NCBI RefSeq assembly: GCF_964204645.1 | Contig: NC_134027.1 | Span: 14,106,485-14,170,484 of the forward strand | DNA: 64,000 nt | DNA from: Tubulanus polymorphus | Taxonomy: Eukaryota; Animalia; Nemertea | Direction of reading: 5' to 3' | Shown: positions 1-11,700 of the stretch, piece after piece | Layout of the letters: each line of letters begins with the position of its first letter | How positions within the stretch are numbered: the stretch's first letter is position 1 | Made by a program: the position numbers and the translations under genes | Notes under the pieces: model-generated | The model's input: the letters and a program-made list of their open reading frames with translations, nothing else | Database searches by the model: none | What the model was told of the DNA's origin: nothing

Positions 1-665
1 AAGATCTTTTTTAGGCTTTCATTTGATATAGGCTTATAACATAAATCCATGATATGACACTGACAGATCCGTTAAAAAAATTCCCGTGAACATAGCTAAA
101 ATAGATGGGCTACTAGTAATTAGCGGGACGGGACCCCACAAAGTTCCTTACCCAACCTTCTGGTGCAAAAGACGATAATTCATCCTAGTCATAGGAAGAT
201 TCAATATCTTAAAAACTTTTCCACCAAACATCGTGTGCGTTGGCAATCTCTCTTGGACCGGGGGGCGGTACGGTGAAGTTTGACAAGTAGGAGTAATCGG
301 CCAGTGAACTTTTGCATAGGCCTACTTCAAAGATCGTGACGTCAACCGATCCGATTGCGCGGGAGTCAATGCGTACGCAAATCCGCTTTCTCGGTACTTA
401 AAATTCTAAGTAGGCTAATGTGGTAGGCACAAAAGCACAAATTAGTTTAGTAAAATTTCGTTGGTTTAAGTGCCAACTATCGTCCAGCTTGTGGCGCCAT
501 CTGCGGAGTATCAAATTCTGGGTAATTCAAACTCGTATCACAGAACTATTCCGTTCTATGAGACGAGAAGATACACAATATCCGTGTAAGAAGATAACAA
601 GAGAAATCCCACAATAAGTTCAGCCAAAACGAGAAACTTGAATAGAAGAGTTATATATATATTTG

Positions 666-705
666 CGCAACGTTTCGGCTAAAGACTATTAGCCATCATC
701 AGGCG
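666..705 (-). ncRNA. Minimal type I hammerhead ribozyme (PLE1 left arm)
   Basis: Reverse complement of 3349-3388. Confidence 0.85.
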
Positions 706-999
706 TACTGAGTACAGGAGAATATTACAAGATATTTATACAAGACCAAAACAATAGAAGCAGAGTGAGTGATTAAAATATTGAAAGGGGAATAGATTAA
801 AGTAATGACATAACAACTAGAAAACAATGCTAAAGTAAGCAAGGCAAACTAGGGGCAATGTAGATTAAAGTAATTAATAAACAAAGACACAAGCTAAAGT
901 GATTAAAACGGGAGGACAAGCTAAGGGGTAATCAAATAAAACAAAGAGAAGGAACATGAAAGGCGATAATCAGTGAGTGAGTGGAAACAAGCAAACTAT

Positions 1000-2779
1000 G
1001 ATAAAGGCAAAACAATGGAGGGAATTAGTATAACGGGGGTACAAGAGAAGCGAGAAATTTGGAGATCAAAATGTTGTGGGGGGAGAAACCGTTATTCAAA
1101 TTAACACAATTTTCCAAGTTTTCAATAATCAGGGCCGATTCCATAATGTGTCGTTTAATCTTTTCTGAACAGGGGAAAAAATTATGGAGGCATTTTCAAA
1201 ATCAAAATTGTGGCTGGTTTCGTATACGTGATTGGCAACACCGCTTTCAGGCTTAAAATTCTTTACATCATTCTTATGTTCACGAATGCGCTTGTGTAAA
1301 TCGCGTCCGGTTTCGCCGATATATATTTTGTTACAAACTTTACAGGGAATTTTATATACACCAATGTTCAGGGGTTCAATTTTGGGGGAGTTATGAGTAA
1401 GATTACGACTAAGTTTGTTGTTATAAGTAAAAATGAGTTGTTTGTTTAAGAGATGGAGGGGAGTTTTAGATTTTTCCAGAAAAGGAACAAAAGGTACAAT
1501 AATAGGCTGTTTACGCGCGCGGGTCCCTTGAGAGTGACTGAAATGTGAACGACGGGCTCTCAAGAGAGCTTTATTCAAAATGTCGTCGGGGTAAGCTAAT
1601 TTATTAAGAGAGGTCTTGATCTGGGTTAGTTCATCATCCAAGAAAAGGGGGTCACAAATCCTTAATGCGCGAAGGAATAAGCTTTGGGCAACACTAAGTT
1701 TAATGTTATGAGCGGTGAAGGAGAAATAATGTAGGTATGTTCCAGAGTGGGTAGGTTTCCTATAAACCGAGAATTTTAGACAAGACAAACAATTGTGTAT
1801 ACAAACATCAAGGAAAGGGATTTTCCCATCAACTTCCAATTCAAATGTGAAGTTCAAGGAGGGATAAAAAGAGTTAATAAATGTGAGAAATTGATCAATA
1901 TCAAAGTCAAAAGGTATAAGGGCAAGAATATCATCAACGTATCGTAACCAAAGTTTAGGGAGAGTATCTGTGTAAAGAGGTAGTAATTCGGTTTCAACGT
2001 GTTCCAGGAAAAGATTTGCTAGAATGGGACTAAGCGGGTTCCCCATAGCCATGCCAAAAACCTGTTCGAAATATGAATTGTTGAAACTAAAAAAGGAGTT
2101 CTGGGTGCAAAGTTCAATTAATTCGATAATACAATCAGTAGGAATGTCAAAATTGAAATCCAACGAAGGAAGTTTCCGTTTAAGAAAATCAAGGGTAGGC
2201 CTAAGAGGAACATTGGTAAAAAGAGAACTAGCATCAAACGAAATGAATCTATCGTTACCAGGAATAATGTTTTTTAACCGTTCTAATAAATCTTGGTTGT
2301 GTCATAAATGCGAGGCGGAGAAAGAACCAAGAGCCGGTGATAATTGTTTAGCCAGAAATTTGGATAAACGATAAGAGGGCGAATTACAATTAGATACAAT
2401 GGGGCGCAGCGGAACATCTTTTTTATGGATTTTGGGGAGCCCATATATAAGGTAGGGAGGGTAGACGTGATTGAAATTTCGAAAGAATATCTTTAGAGTC
2501 CGGAAACCGTTGGATAATACCAGACAGATTCTTATTGAATGAAGCTTGCATACGTGAGAGAGGGTTGGATTTCAATGGTTTATAAACATTAGAGTCACCA
2601 AGAAGGGAGAACATTTTTGATTATAATCACAGATATCTAAGAGAACAATTTTGCCACCTTTATCAGCTTTTGAAATACGAACAGAGTCTAGTTTTCTGAG
2701 TTCAGAGAGGGCAATCCTGAAACGACGAGGTAAAAATTCTGAGTAGGCCTAATTATAACGGAGGTTATCACAAATAGTT
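1000..2779 (-). pseudogene. Penelope RT + GIY-YIG endonuclease, disrupted
   Basis: Motifs KADKGG, SFDASSLFTNVP, GMAMGNPLSPILAN, WLRYVDD, GVYKIPCKVCNKIYIGETGR. Frameshifts near 2615, 2445 and 1175, TGA near 2303, in-frame TAG near 2750. Confidence 0.93.
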
Positions 2780-3348
2780 AGAATGATGTAAAGAATTTTA
2801 AGCCTGAAAGCGGTGTTGCCAATCACGTATACGAAACCAGCCACAATTTTGATTTTGAAAATGCCTCCATAATTTTTTCCCCTGTTCAGAAAAGATTAAA
2901 CGACACATTATGGAATCGGCCCTGATTATTGAAAACTTGGAAAATTGTGTTAATTTGAATAACGGTTTCTCCCCCCACAACATTTTGATCTCCAAATTTC
3001 TCGCTTCTCTTGTACCCCCGTTATACTAATTCCCTCCATTGTTTTGCCTTTATCATAGTTTGCTTGTTTCCACTCACTCACTGATTATCGCCTTTCATGT
3101 TCCTTCTCTTTGTTTTATTTGATTACCCCTTAGCTTGTCCTCCCGTTTTAATCACTTTAGCTTGTGTCTTTGTTTATTAATTACTTTAATCTACATTGCC
3201 CCTAGTTTGCCTTGCTTACTTTAGCATTGTTTTCTAGTTGTTATGTCATTACTTTAATCTATTCCCCTTTCAATATTTTAATCACTCACTCTGCTTCTAT
3301 TGTTTTGGTCTTGTATAAATATCTTGTAATATTCTCCTGTACTCAGTA

Positions 3349-3388
3349 CGCCTGATGATGGCTAATAGTCTTTAGCCGAAACGTTGCG
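3349..3388 (+). ncRNA. Minimal type I hammerhead ribozyme (PLE1 right arm)
   Basis: CGC-CTGATGA-T-GGCTAA(tagtct)TTAGCC-GAAA-CGTT-GCG: core boxes, 6-bp stem II, 3-bp stem I, palindromic ACGT in place of stem III. Confidence 0.85.
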
Positions 3389-4212
3389 CAAATATATATA
3401 ACTCTTCTATTCAAGTTTCTCGTTTTGGCTGAACTTATTGTGGGATTTCTCTTGTTATTCCGTTCTATGCCGGTTCTGTACGGCGATGGTATCCCCTTGG
3501 ATCGGTTTTATACATTGGTATTTTACTTTCAACCCGGGGGCTAAATCTGATAACTAGGGTTAAAAGTTGAATTTATGTCCCGCTATGCCAAGAAAATATC
3601 TTTGCTCTTATCAGTCACCGCCGGCCCTAGTTAGTTACCTAATCGTTGGAGGTGCTTTTAGTTTTTATAATCGACGTTTTATAATCGGTGGTTTGTGAAA
3701 ATATCCGATCTTGAAACTAAACCACAGACAGGTTACTGACTACGCCGGCCCATAGTATAGTAGTCTAATTTTAGAAACGAGTAACGTCTGGTATTCAGAC
3801 TACCGTACCGTCATAGATTAAGATAGAGAAGTAAGTTAGTTGATTGGCATCGCTCCTCTAATCTCGCCTGGTCGCGTTGTATGTCGTCCGAGGTCTTCCA
3901 TAGGCCCCTAATAGAGGTAAAACGTAGACGGCAGATAAACGTATGGAAATTAGTCTGGTTCTGAAGCCTTGCATAAGGCGATAGACTTTCACTTCCGGGA
4001 TTTTCTTACGCGTATCCACGTATTTTCATCACGTTTTTTTTTCGAAAATGGCCCACAAATTGTTAATACACGGTGCTGATCAGGTTGTTATGATAGCGAA
4101 GAATGGCGAAAGAAGCCTTAGCGGAGATTTCATGAGAAAATTAGCTGTCATTAACCGTAAGACCGAGGAGATAGGAGTCAGCATAGCGGTGGATCGGTGA
4201 GTCTCTTAGTTA

Positions 4213-4343
4213 GTTAGTTACCTAATCGTTGGTGGTAAGCTTTTTATAATCGGATGGCTTATACCAACGTTAGGGATGACAAAGGCCAAAACACGGTTGA
4301 AAAAAGTAACACTTCAAAAATATACTTTCTATTCACTTCAGTC
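4213..4343 (+). repeat. Dispersed repeat segment (second copy ~16660-16778; partial copy ~3630-3660)
   Basis: Shared AGTTACCTAATCGTTGGTGGT...CCAAAACACGGTTGAAAAAAGTAACACTTCAAAAATATACTTTCTATT. Confidence 0.8.
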
Positions 4344-4345
4344 CA

Positions 4346-6965
4346 ATTCTCGATTTTAAGAAAGCCTCAGGTTTTAGTTTAATGGAATTATATTTTTTGA
4401 AATTTAAATTATCGCGCAATGATGCAATCGTGTATTGAAATGACGCGTTTTTTTTACTATGAACAAATCAATGCACAGACATCTGCCTTGAATCAACTTA
4501 AAGACTAGAGTTAATATACTTAATTATCCTCAGGTTGAGTTAAAGAGAAATTTGATTTTTAATTTTAATTTTTGAATATCGTGCCATGATGCAATCGTCT
4601 ATTGAAATGACGCATTTTTTTACTATGATCAAATCAATGCACAGACATCTGCTTTACATCAACTTTACATCAGAGTGTGCTTATTAATATACTTAATTTT
4701 AAGGAAGTCTCAGGTTTCAGAGTTTCAGAGAAATCTCATTGTTTTTTACTATGATCAAATCAATGCACAGACTTCTGCCTTGAATGAACTTAAAGAATAG
4801 AGTTTCCTTATTAATATACTTGATTTTCAGGAACCCTCAGGTTTTAGTTTTAGAGAAATTTGATTTTGAATTTTAACTTTTTAAATATCGCGTCATGATG
4901 CAATCGTGTATTGAAATGGCGCGTTTTTTTACTATGATCAAATCAATGCACAGACATCTGCCTTAAATCAACTTAAAGAATAGAGTTTCCTGAATATTAT
5001 ACTGGATTTTCAGGAACCCTCAGGTTTTAGTTTTAGAGTAGGCCCTAATTTGATTTTGAATTTTAACTTTTTAAATATCGCGTCATGATGCAATCGTGTA
5101 TTGAAATGACGCGTTTTTTTACTATGATCAAATCAATGCACAGACATCTGCCTTAAATCAACTTAAAGAATAGAGTTTCCTAATTAATATTCTTAGTTTT
5201 CAGAAAGCCTCAGGTTTTAGTTTTAGAGAAATTTGATTTTTAATTTTAATTTTTAAATACTGCGCCTTGATGCAGTCGTGTATTGAAATATTGCATTTTT
5301 TACTATGATCAAATCATTTCACAGACATCTGCCTTAAAGAATCGAGTTTCCTTAATAATATTCTCGATTTTAAGAAAGCCTCAGGTTTTAGTTTAATGGA
5401 ATTTTATTTTTTGAAATTTAAATTTCTGAATATCGCGCAATGATGCAATCGTGTATTGAAATGACGCGTTTTTTTTACTATGAACAAATCAATGCACAGA
5501 CATCTGCCTTGAATCAACTTAAAGACTAGAGTTAATATACTTAATTATCCTCAGGTTTGAGTTTAAGAGAAATTTGATTTTTAATTTTAATTTTTGAATA
5601 TCGTGCCATGATGCAATCGTCTATTGAAATGACGCATTTTTTTACTATGATCAAATCAATGCACTGACATCTGCCTTAAATCATCTTAAAGAATAGAGTT
5701 TCCTGAATATTATACTGGATTTTCAGAAAGCCTCAGGTTTTAGTTTAAGAGGAATTCGATTTTGAATTTTAACTTTTTAAATATCGCGCAATGATGCCAT
5801 CGTGTATTGAAATGACGCGTTTTTTTACTATGATCAAATCAATGCACAGACATCTGCCTTAAATCAACTTAAAGAATTGAGTTTCCTGAATATCATACTC
5901 GATTTTCAGAAAACCTCAGGTTTTATTTTTAGAGAAATTTAATTTTGAAATTTTAATTTTTGAATATCGCGCCATGATGCAATCGTGTATTGAAATGACG
6001 CGTTTTTTTTACTATGATCAAATCAATGCACAGACATCCGCCTGGAATCAACTTAAAGAATAGAGTTTCCTAATTAATATTCTTAATTTTCAGAAAGCCT
6101 CAGGTTTTAGTTTTAGAGAAATTTGATTTTGAATTTTAATTTTTAAATACTGCGCCTTGATGCAGTCGTGTATTGAAATATTGCATTTTTTACTATGATC
6201 GAATCATTGCACAGACATCTGCCTTAAAGAATAGAGTTTCCTTAATAATATTCTCGATTTTAAGAAAGCCTCAGGTTTTAGTTTAATGGAATTTTTTTTT
6301 TGAAATTTAAATTTCTGAATATCGTGCAATGATGCAATCGTGTATTGAAATGACGCGTTTTTTTTACTATGAACAAATCAATGCACAGACATCTGCGTTG
6401 AATCAACTTAAAGACTAGAGTTAATATACTTAATTATCCTCAGGTTTGAGTTTAGGAGAAATTTGATTTTTAATTTTAATTTTTGAATATCGTGCCATGA
6501 TGCAATCGTCTATTGAAATGACGCATTTTTTACTATGATCAAACCAATGCACAGACTTCTGCTTTACATCAACTTTACATCAGAGTGTGCTTATTAATAT
6601 ACTTAATTTTAAGGAAGTCTCAGGTTTCAGAGTTTCAGAGAAATCTCATTGTGAATTTTAACTTTTTAAATATCACGCAATGATGCAATCGTGTATTGAA
6701 ATGACGCGTTTTTTCCTATGATCAAATCAATGCACAGACATCTGTCTTAAATGTACTTTAAAGAATAGAGTTTCCTTAATAATATACTTAATTTTCAGGA
6801 ACCCTGAGGTTTTAGTTTTAGAGAAATTTGATTTTGAATTTTAATGTTAACATGTTGAGCCATGATGCAATCGTGCGTTGAAATATTGCGTATTTTTTAC
6901 TATGAACAAATGAAGACATCTGCTTTAAATCAACTCGAAGAATAGAGAAATTAATTTTCAGGTAG
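4346..6965. repeat. Satellite / tandem array, ~15 monomers of ~165-190 bp with higher-order structure
   Basis: Recurring CCTCAGG...TGATGCAATCGTGTATTGAAATGACGC...ACTATGATCAAATCAATGCACAGACATCTGCC. Confidence 0.95.
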
Positions 6966-8733
6966 CCTTGTTTTACTTTTATAGACACATTTGAATTTTA
7001 ACAGGCATAATTGATGTAAAATACATTTCGATGAAAATCTATGAAATTTACGAAAATCACTACACATTTTAATTATATAAAACAATTATTGATCACTCTT
7101 CTGCCCCGGTGACTTTATTGAATGATCGTCATTTCGTCCGGTCAAAGTGTTAAGTTATACATTTCATGTCAACCAGTATCTACAGGCAGCTATACAGTGT
7201 GTACACACTATATCTGAATACGAGGCTGGAATAACAGGCTCACTTCATGATAGTTTCTTTCATGTAAACAAACTTCAATATCTCTTAAACTAAAAGAGAT
7301 AGACTAGAAATTTAAAGAGCAATACACTCGTAGCACTTTCAGGTGACAGTTGACAGACCCAAAATTTTTATCTGATTCCAAATGCCTTTTGTTTCCATGG
7401 AAACCAGCCGAAAAATGGTAAAATAATGAAAATATCGATGTTAGATCAAAAGTTATGATGTAGAAAGGGGATAGAATAACTAGTTATCAATAGTTTATGT
7501 TTGCCCTAAGTTTATCTAGGAATATCTATTATTATATAGATTATTATTATTAGGTTTCCATGGTAATAGCAAGAAAAAATGTGAAACATTGAGAAATATT
7601 GATATGATTTCAAATGAAATTATTTTTTTCACTACATGATTTTTGAAATGAATAAACATGATTATCAAGGCCTGTCAGTTAGGTCTATAGCCATAGGCTC
7701 CTATTGCAAATTGATTTAAATATACCAATTTTATATATTATTGCTAAATGAATTTTAGTTGAGAAAAGCAGAAAATTAGGCTTGGCCTAGCTCAAAACGC
7801 TGAAATTTGAAATATATTCATGATATCATAATAAAATCAATCAGTTTAGAAACATAAACCAAGCAATAGTAATAATACTACTAATAATAACTAAATAATA
7901 ATCCATTTGTTTTGTTTTGAGCTAAATTTCAACAATATTTTATATATATTTCAATTTTGCTGCTTTTGGAAAATCCCCTCGGGAGCCTCATTGTCCCATC
8001 ACGCTCCTCTATTTTTGCCCGTCACAAGCCTCAATTCATCCCATTAGACGCCTCCCTCTTTCAACAGCCGCTTTACCGACGGGAGCGTAGTGGCGATCCG
8101 CGCACAAAAAAAAATTTTTTTGCCGATCATTTCGCTAAATCTGTCCTAATATTCAGAAATATAGTGATGAATAATTATGAATCGGAAAATAAATACAATA
8201 ATTCACCGCTAGACCGATGAATAATTGTTGAATATTGATCTCATCACGAGCAGCGCGGCGCGTCGTCCTTCAATAACAAGTGCCGGCCGCCATTTTGTAT
8301 CGCTCGCTTCAACGCAAAACTTAGCCACCGACTTTTCCGGCAGCGATCACTCAGCCCCGACACGAAATAAAATCATGCGGTCTTCAGTATTTGAATTTTA
8401 AGATCCTAAACCTTTTGATTCCTGATGATTCGTCGCTTATTCCGGGTCCTAAGCTGACGAATTTTGCTCCTGAAAAAGGGTATTTTTCGATTTCTATTTT
8501 CTTCGACTAAAATGCGGATTTATACACTAAACCAACCCCCAAGTGATAAAGATCGATCTTATTGGTTGATTCCAAAAGATTTTAGCTCATTTGCATCGAT
8601 AGACAGGTTTTATGAATGACTACGCGATGTCAAAACGCGTAGTAAAAACGCGCATCACACTTTTCCTAATCAATAATGGTCGTCACAATCGATAGTGGCG
8701 CCCCGCGCGGACATGAACATACCTATCTTAGTC

Positions 8734-11700
8734 GAGGGCTGCCAACCCTCCCGATTTATTCGGAATCCTCCCGATTTGTGTAAAGAAATTCCGACGATAC
8801 GATCGGGTATACAAAATTCCGATTTTTTTTTTCCTTTTTCGGCGACGTCCGATTTTCCACCCGCCAGTGGGTTGTAACACTATATGATGACTTGGTAGAA
8901 CAGAATTGAATAGGTGGGGAATTTATATGCACGCGCGCGGTGGATGAGTGCGTCGCTATATATACTGTGTACGTGGGTCAGGCGATAAACAGCGCTGTGT
9001 ACGTGTGTGTGTGTGTGTTATTGATTTTATCTACGCATGGCGCACGATTATTTCGTAGTAGGAGAGCAGCTTCTTAATTTGTTACAAGATTCAAAATAAA
9101 GTTCATTTTAAGTTCATTTTAAAGTTCGTTTTAAAATACGTTGTTTTTAAATCATTCTTGTGAAAATATTATGACATGTGGCAAAATGTGATTGTTATTG
9201 TCAAATTGCTCCGCATCGTTTCGGAGAAGAATCGGTTTACTGCGGTAATTAGCTCGTTTTCGCAACGCGATGAGCATTCGAAGATCCGGGTTAGATTTCA
9301 ACGTGTGGACTCGTTATTTGTGGTTGAAATGTTTCGGTAAGCAATTGCTTTGTTAGTTTGAACCTTAATGTTGTCACTCTTGTATTAGTTTGATTTAAAA
9401 AGATAATTTAAGATGCTTTTGAGCAGTGCATCTCAAAGTAAACTTTTAGTTCGCATATTTGGCAGATGGCAGCACCATCGAGTTGCATGTAGATTTAGAG
9501 ACTTTTTACTGTTTGTATCTTTCAGTTCTGTACGTAGAGTCTCTCTGGGACAGTATCGTGAAATTAATGCTGGAAATTGATGTATTTGCTTATTGCCATT
9601 TTCATGTCGTTTCTTCGTGAATCAGAAATGGATTTATTTACTGTCACTGAAACAGGATCTGAAGTTGAAGACGAAGAACCTTTTCCCTCCGATGTTGTTG
9701 ATGACACTGATGACGATCGTGAGCCTCCTCCGAAAAAAACCAAAGAAAATGAATCTAGTAAAACGAAGCAGAGGTTTAAGAACGAATATTCTCAGAAATA
9801 TTCTTTTATTAAACCTAGTTCGCTAGACCGTTATTACGCATACTGTGATAGATGTGGTTCGCATATCAGCATCTCGCATGGTGGCCTTAATGATATTGAA
9901 AAAAAACATTTTTCCACAACTAAACACAAGTCAGCAGCTAATGTGGAAAAAATCACGAAGTTTTTTAGTACTTCCCAGGAGAAAGAAAGTTTGATCAAGG
10001 CCGAGACATTATTCATAGTCTTTTTGGTTATGAACAGTTTACCTCTCGCAGTTTCCGATAAGGCTGGGCAGCCATTCAGAGATATGTTCCCTGGCCATCC
10101 GAATGCTACGAATTATAAATGCGGTCGCACCAAAACAACTCATATTGTGAATGCGGTTGCAACTGATATCGTGTCATCTACTGTATCGAGATTGAAATCA
10201 TCTCCCTTTGTTCTTGGTGTAGATGGTTCTACGTACAAACAAGAGACATATTATCCAATCGTTGTGAGATATGTGGATGAACAGTTAGAAACAAAAGTGG
10301 ACCTGTTAGCTAACCCAATATGGAATCAGTCGCACACAGGAGAGGCAATATTTAATATAATCAAAGCAGAATTAGAAGTGAACGCTATACCATGGAAGAA
10401 TCTACTTTCGCTTGTGTGTGATAACACAAATAGCAATGTTGGAAGACACAAGGGTGTAATAAAATATGTTAGAGATCACCAAAAAGAGGTACACCTCGCT
10501 GGATGCGTTAATGATTTGCTCCATTTAGCATTGAAGAAAGGCCTGAATACAGCCATTAAGGTAACTAAGATTTTACTTTTGATTTCATTTTCAATATGTA
10601 GTAATTTCACCATCTTCTAATTTTCATCAACTCAGATAGGATAGCCTTATTCGTTCAGCTTACACGTGCTGCTTTATGGTTTACACATAATCAAATGAAA
10701 TAAACTCAATAAAGTTAAAGTTCTAGAAACTTGTAGTTGCTATTCTGCTGTACCATTGTTATACTTTCATCGTTTGAAATCGGTGCGCATATCTTTTGTT
10801 TACAGCCTTTATTTGACTTCGATGATCTATTACGCCAGCTGCATTGGTATGTAACCAAAACGAGTAAAAGATCTGCAAGTTTTCAAACCATCCAGAAGGA
10901 ATGCGGCCTGCCAGATCATACGATACTGAAGCATGTGGCTAGACGCTGGCTCAGTATGGGCCCAGCTCTTAGCAGGATGCTGGAACAATGGGAAGCGCTG
11001 AGGAGATATTTTGCGAAAGAGATAGGCCATGATACTGATGGAGATGATGATCAAGAGTTTCTCGACGATTTTGATGATGGCCCTGTCACCGCAGGAGCGA
11101 TTAAAACTAAATTACACAAGTTTTTCCAGAGACGCACATCAAAACTATACACTGCATTTCTGATTAAAGCAATCTCGGTAAGCATTATATCACCAAGTCA
11201 TAACCCTAAATAATTAGGATTATAAACTTTTTTGTATTTTATAGGGTCTTTCTTACTGTTAAAAGATTTTATTTCACAAGCTCTTATGATTTCTTTTTTT
11301 ACAGATGTTTGAGTGCACAAATGGATACCTTGAAACTGAAAGTGCATTGGTTCACAAAGTGAAATGAATTTTGGAGCGACTTATGTACAGACTACTTCTC
11401 TGTATATGCATAGCAGCAGCATTTAACCAGGGTTGTACACCTTACTCAATCGATTTCACCTCAAGGTATTTTTCATCCATCCAGTGTCATTGTAATTTCT
11501 TTGTAAGTGAATAAATTTTTTTCACTGGAGTAGATTCTTTTACATAAAGAAATGTAGTGAGTTTCATTTGCATTACACTACTTCTGCTTTTAACTATTAT
11601 TAATGCTGTCTGATGTAACTTTTATTCAGCTCCTTGCATATGTATTTATGATAATTTTCTTTACCCCTAGGTATAATATAACAGACAAAAAAGCTTGTTC

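Larger units (their letters stand above)
561..3458. mobile_element. Penelope-like retroelement 1 (Penelope/Poseidon type): 5'-truncated minus-strand copy (2779->561) joined head-to-head to a shorter plus-strand copy (2780->3458)
   Basis: Inverted arms 594-1274 / 2780-3458. Direct repeat TATTCCGTTCTATG at 547-560 and 3456-3469 (TSD, 3 nt shared with the arm). 33-nt tail 561-593 on the left arm only. RT and GIY-YIG coding sequence. Confidence 0.95.

Noticed and set aside
2746-2779. Non-templated filler at the PLE1 inversion junction
   Set aside because: It translates as TICDNLRYN, homologous to AICDQLNRN in PLE2, so it is element sequence.
1059-2995. Duplicated 65-aa ORF MEIKMLWGEK (and similar ORFs at 43295 and 46348)
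   Set aside because: Antisense shadows of the Penelope endonuclease inside the inverted arms.
3760-3802. Crypton-type mini-element (TAGTCT...GTCTGGTATTCAGACTA)
   Set aside because: The inverted match is short and degenerate, so it cannot be supported by eye.
4346-6965. CRISPR-like array
   Set aside because: Whole monomers repeat with no unique spacers, there are no cas genes, and the context is eukaryotic.
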